Below are positions 56,773-64,000 of a stretch of DNA of 64,000 bases, one piece after another; the first letter of the stretch is position 1; every line of letters starts with the position of its first letter. A program made the translations under genes and the position numbers. This DNA is from Dehalococcoidia bacterium. Its GTDB lineage: Bacteria; Chloroflexota; Dehalococcoidia; SHYD01. The notes below the pieces were generated by a model. It saw nothing but the letters and a program-made list of their open reading frames with translations. It ran no database searches and was not told where the DNA came from. Where the stretch lies: the NCBI GenBank assembly GCA_965226775.1, contig CBDDEI010000002.1, forward strand, positions 269,638 through 333,637, given 5' to 3'.

Positions 56773-57282
56773 TTAAGGCAGGGGGAACCGAATGGGCGAG
56801 CGGTCATGCGGGACCCCGCGGGGATGTCGGGGTTGCTCTCTCCTGGTTATCCCCAAGCAATGCGCTTTTTGTCTCCTACGCTGCAGGGCCCGGAGTACCT
56901 TGCCCGCACGGTCAGTCCTGGCCCCGTTGTTACCCCAGGCCAGCATCACCATCTTCGCTCTGGCAGCGGCCTTCAATACCCATTTCTTATTCCTTTTCCA
57001 CACATGAGGCGGTTCTGGGCCCGCCTCGAACAGCTCGGCCAGCTTGGTCACTCGAAAGGGCAAGAGACTCGTCACACACAACTTCCCATACCCCTCTAGC
57101 TCAGCAAAGCGCTTGCACCAGGTAATCGTACTATCGTCTTTCGTTTCATCTGCAGTGGAGGGGTTGAGCATGATGAACGTGACGGCATGTCGTGACGGCC
57201 CGACCTTGCGTGTCAGCACATACCGATAGCGTTTATCGGGGGAGAAGACGGCTCCGTCTTTCGGCAGTTTGTATCTTCCCAT
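56773..57282 (-). CDS. DUF1643 domain protein
   Basis: ...RYRYVLTRKVGPSRHAVTFIMLNPSTADETKDD... is the characteristic MLNPSTAD motif. Confidence 0.55.
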   Translation of the reverse strand: MGRYKLPKDGAVFSPDKRYRYVLTRKVGPSRHAVTFIMLNPSTADETKDDSTITWCKRFAELEGYGKLCVTSLLPFRVTKLAELFEAGPEPPHVWKRNKKWVLKAAARAKMVMLAWGNNGARTDRAGKVLRALQRRRQKAHCLGITRREQPRHPRGVPHDRSPIRFPLP

Positions 57283-57436
57283 GTGGGTGTCCCCTTGTAC
57301 CTCGGTCCATGGAACAGATGACTACTCGCTAGGTTGGGCTGCGTCGCTTCATCGGAAGCCGGGTTGGGGGAGTAACCCTCACCGAGATCGAGCGTCGGGA
57401 GCGCGGTGTTGACAATACCCTGGCCATAGGCTTCCC

Positions 57437-58534
57437 TTAACCTCCCCCAATAAGGAAGACGATCAAGAATGGCAGCCCGAAGTAGGCTATCGCGATGTAC
57501 GCAATGGGCAGCAGCCGAACGCGTATCGCGGCCGATGCCATCCACTCAGCCAGCGTTAGTGGTATCTGTCGGATTCTAGGCACCGGGTAGATGAGCGCTA
57601 TGCCGCACAGGTTGAACAGCAGGTGCGCCAATGACACGGTGACGGCGGCAAGATTTCCGGTAGACAGCGCCGCCAGGTTCGCCGTCATAGTAGTACCAAC
57701 ATTCGCCCCTAGCGTATAGGGAAAGACCTGCTTTAGCTTCAATACGCCTGTTCCAACTAGGGGAACTATCAGCGACGTAGTGATAGAACTGCTCTGTACA
57801 AGGAGCGTTACCACCACGCCAGACAGCATAGACCGTCCGTCATTCTTGAAGAGGTGTTCGTCTAAGACGGCCTCCACACGGGTAAGGACCAGGCTTCTTA
57901 GGATTCTTACAAGGCTAAACAGCATACCGAATGTCAACAGCACGGCCACCAGCAGCAACAGCGCACCGTTCTGACCCACCAGTTCTGCTAATGCGAGGAT
58001 CACCGGCTTGGTCGCCTCTTTTATCGGGTTCCCGAGCGTCAGGCCCCCAATCCCTGCGAACGCGCCCGCAAGCACGGCCGACAGGCGCGAGAGGAAGCCT
58101 GTTGCCACCTCCAGCGGAAAGAGGACCGCTACTGCCATGAAGTTGAAGAGGTCGTGCACGGTCGCCGCGGCAAACGCTCGCCGGAATTCACCCGTCCGAG
58201 TGATGTGCCCCACCGAGACGATCATGCTCGTAATCGTCGTCCCAATGTTGGCGCCCATCACCATGAACACCGCGCCCCCCGTGGAGATCGCTCCTCCCGC
58301 GACCATCCCCACGATGATCGACGTGGTCGTTGACGAGCTTTGCACAAGGGACGTAGCGAGAATCCCGATGAATAACGCGAGCAGAGGCGACTCTGTTGCT
58401 GTAAGGATCTTTGTGGCGACTTCTGGGTCGAAGAGCTTAACCGAGTGGCCCATCCCTCCTATCCCAACGATGAAAAGGTAAAGACAGACCACGATGGCCA
58501 GGAGCTTGGCTATGACGAGCGAGTTAGCTCTCAA
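57437..58534 (-). CDS. Na+/phosphate cotransporter family protein (Na_Pi_cotrans)
   Basis: Duplicated QSSS.TT / GANIGTT motifs (LVQSSSTTTSIIVGM...GANIGTTITS; LVQSSSITTSLIV...GANVGTTMTA). Confidence 0.85.
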   Translation of the reverse strand: MRANSLVIAKLLAIVVCLYLFIVGIGGMGHSVKLFDPEVATKILTATESPLLALFIGILATSLVQSSSTTTSIIVGMVAGGAISTGGAVFMVMGANIGTTITSMIVSVGHITRTGEFRRAFAAATVHDLFNFMAVAVLFPLEVATGFLSRLSAVLAGAFAGIGGLTLGNPIKEATKPVILALAELVGQNGALLLLVAVLLTFGMLFSLVRILRSLVLTRVEAVLDEHLFKNDGRSMLSGVVVTLLVQSSSITTSLIVPLVGTGVLKLKQVFPYTLGANVGTTMTANLAALSTGNLAAVTVSLAHLLFNLCGIALIYPVPRIRQIPLTLAEWMASAAIRVRLLPIAYIAIAYFGLPFLIVFLIGGG

Positions 58535-58701
58535 TTATGTGACTACCTCCAGGACTTAAAACGTTTACATGAACTCATTTGAGTGCGGGTTCCTCCTGCC
58601 GCTGCGCTAGAGTCTACCTGGCATACGCCTAGCCGTCTATAGAGAATGCGGTCCGCTCTCTATCGGCGCGTGACCTCAGCAGGCCCACTCCCGCTGCCAC
58701 G

Positions 58702-59967
58702 CTATGCAGCAAGCCGCGCCGTCGACGCCTTCGTGTGGTCCTTGACGCGATCGGCGAGGCGGCGGACCTCGCCAAGGATGTCTTCCGGCGTGCCGCTGAG
58801 GTCCAACGAGGCGACCTCTATCGTCTTGCCCGCGTGCTTGATCTTGTACTCGCCGGGTTCGTCCTCGCCGGCAGCGTAGACCAGCATACCCGAGGGCAGA
58901 TCGGCCGCCGTGCAGTAAGCGAGCATCTGGTAGATGTCGGGGTGCACGAAGCCTTGCGGGTCAAGCTTCTTGTATTTCGCGTCGCCGACGAAGAGAGGCC
59001 GCGCGCCGTTCTTTCCCGGACTAGGAGTCCACCACGACAAGTCCGGCTGCATCAAGATGCGGCTGTCCTCGTCCAGCGTAAGCGTCTCCTCGTGTTTCCA
59101 TTGGCGTTCGGCGAGACCGAGCACCTCGCCCAGCGCGACATAGAGGAACCGCTCGAATACCTTGTTCATGTCGATGAGAAAGGCCGCGCCGGCAACCTTG
59201 CCGTGAAGGAGCTCCAGGCTCGAATTTTCGATGATAAGCCGCGCCAGTTCCACAGCTGGGCGGTAGTGCTCGTCGAGCCGGGTGTAGCGAACTTCGGGCA
59301 GCGCCCCCCGCTGGTACGAGCCGAGCCCGACCGTTGCGAAGGCGGGCCGGAGGCGGCGGACCTCCTGCCTGGCGGCCTCGGAGCGAATGAAGGTGTGCCC
59401 CAGCAGGTGAATCGCGGTCTTGAGTAGCCGGTTCTTCTCGATGTCCTCGGTGTATTCGTCGTACGCCACCTCAATGGGCAGCGGGACGGCGAAGCGCCGC
59501 CCTATCTGGTCGCCGAAGCGGATGCGGCCTCGCACGGTGTTGAGCGCGTCCTCCTCCCGCCGGTAGCCCTGGAGCAGGCCGCGTTGGATGGCCTGCCGGG
59601 TGCGGTGAGCAAAGGCGAAAACGATCGCTTCAAGGCAGTCGTCGTCGCGGTCCAACACGACGGGATCCCTCCGCCAGTTCTTGGGGTCCATCGCGTAGGT
59701 GACCAGGAACATAACGCGGTCGATGGGGATCTTGGGCCGCACCACGACGGCGAGCTCACCGATGTTTATGGCGCCGATGTAGGACGTCGGCTTGAGGCGG
59801 TACGCGCCGTCTTCGTTGGGCGAGGGCGTAACCTCAATGTGCGCGTCGACGGTCAGCGCATGCAGCTGGTCTTTGTTGAGCCGGACGTTTCCTGGGTAAG
59901 ACGCGTACTCTTCTAGCTTAAGCTCATGCATCGCCAGCGTTGTTCTCAGGTTGCCCGTTGTCCGCAT
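58702..59967 (-). CDS. mcrC: McrC-like type IV restriction endonuclease subunit
   Basis: 421 aa. C-terminal PD-(D/E)xK ...QPDLSWW...FVGDAKYKKL.... Lies immediately downstream of McrB. An alternative start is ATG 59931. Confidence 0.8.
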   Translation of the reverse strand: MRTTGNLRTTLAMHELKLEEYASYPGNVRLNKDQLHALTVDAHIEVTPSPNEDGAYRLKPTSYIGAINIGELAVVVRPKIPIDRVMFLVTYAMDPKNWRRDPVVLDRDDDCLEAIVFAFAHRTRQAIQRGLLQGYRREEDALNTVRGRIRFGDQIGRRFAVPLPIEVAYDEYTEDIEKNRLLKTAIHLLGHTFIRSEAARQEVRRLRPAFATVGLGSYQRGALPEVRYTRLDEHYRPAVELARLIIENSSLELLHGKVAGAAFLIDMNKVFERFLYVALGEVLGLAERQWKHEETLTLDEDSRILMQPDLSWWTPSPGKNGARPLFVGDAKYKKLDPQGFVHPDIYQMLAYCTAADLPSGMLVYAAGEDEPGEYKIKHAGKTIEVASLDLSGTPEDILGEVRRLADRVKDHTKASTARLAA

Positions 59968-61157
59968 CCGCCGCGCCTACAGGCTCCGCGCCGGCGGCAC
60001 TCGGATTCGGGCGCCGTGCCATTAAGCTTCCCCTTCAACGTGTCATAGGCGAACTTATTGAGCTCGGCCTCGTCACCGAAGCACTGCTCCTCGATATAGG
60101 GGATGACCCCTTGCTCCCAGATAAAGCGAACCCGGTTTTCGTCGAGTGGCGTGTCTTTCTTCATGAAGTAGCTGGGGCCTATGCCCAGATGCCGATCTTT
60201 CAGCTCGTGGTTCGCCACATCAACGAGATCGGCCACCCACGTCGCCTCGGGATTGTTCTCTTTCAGCCAGCGGCCCAGCAGTCCTTGAATAGGGGGCTCA
60301 TCTGGGAAGAAGCCAAAGAAATAGAAGCGGCGGCGCAGGGCCGCATCCACCAGCGCGATAGAGCGGTCCGTCGTGTTCATCGTGCCGATAACCCAGAGGT
60401 TCTTCGGCAGGCTGAACTGCTCGTTGCTGTATTGGAGCGTTATCTCCTCATCCCGGTACTCCAGAAGGAAGTAAAGCTCCCCGAGAACCTTGGCGACGTT
60501 GCCGCGGTTGATCTCGTCTATCACAAGAATGAAGGTGGCATCGGGCTTGGCCGCGGCCTCCTTGGCAATGCGCCGCAGCGGCCCTTCCGTGAGCTTGAAC
60601 CCAGCCTGGCCACCCTCAGTGAGGGTGGGCCGGAACCCCTCGACGAAGTCCTCATAGGAATAGGATGGGTGGAACTGCACGATCCGGAAGTCGCCGCCGT
60701 GTGCTTTACACCACTCGGCGATGCGCTTAGCTACGTAGGTCTTGCCAGTGCCAGGCGGCCCCTGAAAGATCGCCTGTCGCTTGTCCTTCAACCCGTCGAT
60801 GATCTTCTGCAGCTCGCGTGGCTCCCACAGAAGCTTCTTGGCCAACGCCTCTATATTGGATGGCGACCAAGGGTCGGTATCAGTAGAGGGGTCGGCTAGA
60901 GGGCGGCAATGTACCCTCTGGTGACTCAGTAGAGAAGCGTCGGGTCGTCGTCGTTGCCATCCACTGGACTCGCCGCGATCTTCCCGGATTGCCCAGACCA
61001 GCGACTGCGCGTCAAGACGGTGGCGCAACGTTAGCCCGCGCTCCTGCGCTTCCTCAATAAACCGGTCGAGGAAACCTAGCGCATGTTCATACAACGCTGC
61101 CTCGTCGGCCTGCTTCTCTGGTTGGCTGTATCCGGTAAGCGTCGTATGCTTCGTCAA
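59946..61157 (-). CDS. mcrB: McrB-like AAA+ GTPase subunit (AAA_5)
   Basis: ...AIFQGPPGTGKTYVAKRIA..., FILVIDEINRGNVAKVLGELYFLLEYR, NLWVIGTMNTTDRS. TTG start immediately after an in-frame-shifted upstream ORF remnant. Confidence 0.85.
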   Translation of the reverse strand: MTKHTTLTGYSQPEKQADEAALYEHALGFLDRFIEEAQERGLTLRHRLDAQSLVWAIREDRGESSGWQRRRPDASLLSHQRVHCRPLADPSTDTDPWSPSNIEALAKKLLWEPRELQKIIDGLKDKRQAIFQGPPGTGKTYVAKRIAEWCKAHGGDFRIVQFHPSYSYEDFVEGFRPTLTEGGQAGFKLTEGPLRRIAKEAAAKPDATFILVIDEINRGNVAKVLGELYFLLEYRDEEITLQYSNEQFSLPKNLWVIGTMNTTDRSIALVDAALRRRFYFFGFFPDEPPIQGLLGRWLKENNPEATWVADLVDVANHELKDRHLGIGPSYFMKKDTPLDENRVRFIWEQGVIPYIEEQCFGDEAELNKFAYDTLKGKLNGTAPESECRRRGACRRGGCGQRAT

Positions 61158-61159
61158 AT

Positions 61160-61612
61160 AGGGTCACCCTGAACGGCGGGTACTGCTGAACGTCTACTCC
61201 CATCAGCAGGACGGACGCTAGGTTCATCCGGGTCCCTTTACCGCTTATCACGGACTGAGGGAAAAGTTCACAAAAGCCGCGGATCCGCTCGGCAACGGAC
61301 GAGGCGTCCTCCGCCCAAATCGCCTGCAGCGCCCGCAGCGCGTCGTTAGGGGACTTATCGATCCAATCATGGAGTTGCGCTAGCTGTACGTTGTAGATCA
61401 GATTGCTAATCGTGCCTCTTTTTACCAGGCTAGCCCAGTCGCCGGCGCCTGCAAAAACTGCTTCCCGCGCTTCCGCGAGCTTGCGGCCTATCTCAACTTT
61501 GTAGTCAATCTCTTCGCTTTCCAGTCGTCCGGTGTCAAAATACGCCTGGGCGCGTCTGACGAACTCATCCCGCGTTGGCTAGTGTTTTGGCTGTCCCACT
61601 GAGCACGGAGTT
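61160..61612 (-). pseudogene. start-less coherent coding remnant upstream of mcrB (probable decayed N-terminal domain)
   Basis: A 150-codon open frame ...DEFVRRAQAYFDTGRLESEEIDYKVEIGRKLAEAREAVFAGAGDWASLVKRGTISNLIYNVQLAQLHDWIDKSPNDALRALQAIWAED... has no usable start codon. It ends where mcrB begins in another frame. Confidence 0.4.
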
Positions 61613-61864
61613 CGATGACTCATAGTAGAGTCATCGCTGCCCATACTGGGCCTCAAGCTTCAGTCGAATCTGCGCTAGTTTGCGGTCAACATCCTCCATC
61701 GGTTGTGTGACGTAGTCCGCGAACGCCTTGGCGATCTTTACTTTGTGTTCAACGGAGAGAATTCCCTCAAAGGTATCAGGAAAAACGAGATGGAGCAAGC
61801 TTCCCGTTGCGTGCGAGCTTTGTTGGTTGACTTTGCATCGTCTCGCTTCGGAAGTTCAGCCGCG

Positions 61865-62392
61865 TCACGAAATCTTTGAACTCCCACGGATTATTGAGTA
61901 GTGGCGCCGCTCATCCGGCCCCTGCTCCTTCCATTGCTCGCAGAACTCTATGAGGAACCCGACCTGATATGGACGGCCCGCGTGGAAAATCACTCCCGGA
62001 TCGGCGATGCCCGGCGTCAGGGCGGCAACGAGGTCCGGCGGGATTTCTACGGGCGACGGCGACAATCCGAGCACCTCTTCGATCCTTTTCTGTTCGTCGG
62101 TGCTGCTCTTCGTGGAGACGATTAGGAAGTAAAAGTAAAGGGCCTCACCCAGCAGTTGGTAGACCTCCGGCGGGCTGTCTCTCAGTTGTCCCTGGAACTT
62201 CTCAAAGGAGCTAGCACTCCCTTCGTCCGGATGGTTCAGGAATCGCTCATGGAGTTCCCCTAGCCACTGGCGCGACCAGATTGGCTTGCCTGGCGTGAAC
62301 AGCGAGTCGTCGGTCTGCAGCGCGCGTTCGACCCATGTGGCGGCCGCTGCGTAGACTCTCTCGACGCCGTTACCCTCTCTTTTCGTGCCCAT
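61865..62392 (-). CDS. hypothetical protein (175 aa), possibly the original N-terminus of a longer McrB
   Basis: Coherent ORF followed by two in-frame TGA codons 9 nt apart, then a further 55-codon open stretch in the same frame. Confidence 0.35.
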   Translation of the reverse strand: MGTKREGNGVERVYAAAATWVERALQTDDSLFTPGKPIWSRQWLGELHERFLNHPDEGSASSFEKFQGQLRDSPPEVYQLLGEALYFYFLIVSTKSSTDEQKRIEEVLGLSPSPVEIPPDLVAALTPGIADPGVIFHAGRPYQVGFLIEFCEQWKEQGPDERRHYSIIRGSSKIS

Positions 62393-62624
62393 TGTTCCTC
62401 TTCCGCTATCCTGTCTTGCCTCGAGTTCCCACTATAGCGTAGTTCGACATGGGAGGTGGTGGCGAAGAAGATCTAAGGGCTCCCCGCTAACCGCGAGGAG
62501 CTTCCGAGGACGGGCTAGCTGCCTACGGGGACAACCAGATGCCAGCCCTAGCAGGGAAGAGCGTCAGCGGAGAGTCGTAAGGGGAAGCGCCGTCTACCGG
62601 CCCGTCCCAGATGCAGGGGGGGTT

Positions 62625-63113
62625 TTACGGGCTGCCCGCGGGGCCGCCGTCTTCTATGACCAGCTTGCCTTCTTTGGAGCCCTTGCGGTAATCCTTTACC
62701 GCTTCCTGCAACGTCACCCAGCCCAGCGTGGCGCACTTAACCCGCACCGGGAACTTGCGCACGCCCTCCAGCACCTCCAGATCACCCAGCCCCTCTGTTG
62801 GGGCATCAGGCTCGGTCATGAAGGCGCGGAAGTCGTCGGCCAACGCCTCGGCGTCTTCTAGCGACTTGCCAAGGAGGGTGTCCGTCATCATAGAGGCGGA
62901 GGACTGGCTGATGGCGCAGCCCTTACCCATAAACCCCACGTCGGCAATCTTACCGTCTTTGACCAGCAGTTGCAGCGTAATCTGGTCGCCGCAGGAGGGG
63001 TTGAACCCCTCCGTGGCCACCGAGGCAGCATCCAGCGCGTGGTGATGCCGGGGGCTTTGGTAGTGGTCTAGGATAACTTCTTTATATAGAGCGTCCAGCG
63101 CGTCTAGGGACAC
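62625..63113 (-). CDS. sufU: SUF system Fe-S cluster assembly scaffold SufU (NifU-like N-terminal domain)
   Basis: ...LYKEVILDHYQSPRHHHALDAASVATEGFNPSCGDQITLQL...GKGCAISQSSASMMTD... with the three conserved Cys. Confidence 0.85.
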   Translation of the reverse strand: MSLDALDALYKEVILDHYQSPRHHHALDAASVATEGFNPSCGDQITLQLLVKDGKIADVGFMGKGCAISQSSASMMTDTLLGKSLEDAEALADDFRAFMTEPDAPTEGLGDLEVLEGVRKFPVRVKCATLGWVTLQEAVKDYRKGSKEGKLVIEDGGPAGSP

Positions 63114-64000
63114 GGCTAAAGTACTCCTGTGTAGCTTGTAGTGCTTCGACGAACTTGTCGATCTCTTCCTCAGTATTGTACAGGTAAAAGCTGGCGCGAG
63201 CAGAAGAGTCTACCCCCAGGCGGCGATGCAACGGCTGCGCACAGTGGTGGCCCGCTCGCACGGCAACGCCGAACTGGTCCAGCGCCGTGCCGATGTCGTG
63301 GGGATGGATGCCCTCCAGGCTAAAGGCCGCCACGCCGCCCTTGAGCGCCGGGTCGGCAGGTCCGTAGACCTTGAGGTTCTGGACATTCTTCAGCGCGTTC
63401 AGCGCATAGCGCGTGAGCTGGATTTCGTGCTCCCGCACCTGCTCCATGCCCAGGCTGCTCAGATACTCGATACCTTCCGCCCAGGCAATCGCGTCGGCGA
63501 TGTTGGGTGTGCCCGCCTCAAAGCGATAGGGGGCGGTATTCCAGGTGGAGTAGTCTAGCTGCACCTCTCGGATCATCTCGCCGCCGCCCATAAAGGGCTC
63601 CAGCGTCTCCAGCAGCTCCTGCTTCACCCACAGTGCGCCCACGCCGGTGGGTCCCAGGGTCTTGTGGCCGGAGAATGCCAATAGGTCGCACCCCAGCGCC
63701 TCGACGTCCACCGGCAGGTGCGGCACGCTCTGTGCGCCGTCTATCAAGACGATGGCTCCCTGCTCGTGGGCCGCTTTGGCTATCTCCTCAACGGGATTGA
63801 TGGTGCCCAGCACGTTAGACATGTGGGTAACGCTCACCACCCTGGTCTTGGGGCCCAGCAGCTTGTAGAAGGAGGCCATGTCCAGCAGCCCTTCCTCCGT
63901 GATGTCCACATGCCGCAGCACCGCGCCGGTCTGCTGCGCGATGATCTGCCACGGCACCAGGTTGCTGTGATGCTCCATCACCGTCAGCAGGACCTCGTCG
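63082..64000 (-). CDS. sufS: cysteine desulfurase SufS (C-terminal ~300 aa; gene continues past right edge)
   Basis: ...SGHKTLGPTGVGALWV... (PLP Lys), RAGHHCAQP (catalytic Cys loop), and the class V aminotransferase fold. Confidence 0.9.
   Translation of the reverse strand, partial: DEVLLTVMEHHSNLVPWQIIAQQTGAVLRHVDITEEGLLDMASFYKLLGPKTRVVSVTHMSNVLGTINPVEEIAKAAHEQGAIVLIDGAQSVPHLPVDVEALGCDLLAFSGHKTLGPTGVGALWVKQELLETLEPFMGGGEMIREVQLDYSTWNTAPYRFEAGTPNIADAIAWAEGIEYLSSLGMEQVREHEIQLTRYALNALKNVQNLKVYGPADPALKGGVAAFSLEGIHPHDIGTALDQFGVAVRAGHHCAQPLHRRLGVDSSARASFYLYNTEEEIDKFVEALQATQEYFSRVPRRAGRSI

Noticed and set aside
62385-62861. ORF 62385..62861(+)
   Set aside because: It is antisense to sufU and has an Arg-rich composition.

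Overview
This is a high-GC (about 65-70%) bacterial chromosomal window with the gene content and style of a Chloroflexota or Actinobacteria genome. It is interrupted by several lower-GC accessory islands.

Three regions stand out:

1. Positions 6.6-24.5 kb hold an extraordinary co-directional array of ten large polytopic membrane proteins. All carry hallmarks of GT-C fold, polyprenyl-phosphate-sugar-dependent glycosyltransferases. Two are clear GT39/PMT_2 (ArnT-like) enzymes with a DE motif. One is YfhO-like, one is PIG-V-like, and one carries a tandemly duplicated DUF2029/GT87-like module. Two are ArnT-like paralogues. Most starts and stops overlap (ATGA, TAATG). An orphan Flp-type pilin gene sits inside the cluster. 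A BY-kinase-like ATPase with a degenerate P-loop lies just upstream.

2. Positions 24.4-40.6 kb form a mosaic of low-GC islands. It contains a split type IIG-like restriction-modification enzyme (a PD-ExK-like module followed by an NPPY methyltransferase with a target-recognition domain). It contains a four-gene cassette of unknown function next to tRNA-Ala. It contains an imported NAD-dependent formate dehydrogenase and an APH-family phosphotransferase, bounded by a decayed duplicate of a LivK-like substrate-binding-protein gene. It also contains a compact minus-strand operon: a small beta-grasp ubiquitin-like protein, an E2-like protein, and a JAB/MPN-ThiF(E1) fusion. A convergent DUF2971-like gene sits beside it. 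This looks like a Bil/6E-type ubiquitin-like conjugation (probably antiphage) module.

3. Further right are a HEPN-motif (Rx4H) protein in its own low-GC patch, katG, REP-like palindromes, and a McrBC type IV restriction locus in which the upstream McrB N-terminal region is broken.

Other features are a 90-bp repeat element in two copies (one interrupting a PIN/VapC gene) and a standalone NRPS-like A-T-R gene.

At least five in-frame-breaking indels occur in otherwise intact genes. They indicate either homopolymer sequencing errors or widespread recent pseudogenisation.

The right edge carries sufU and sufS; sufS is partial.
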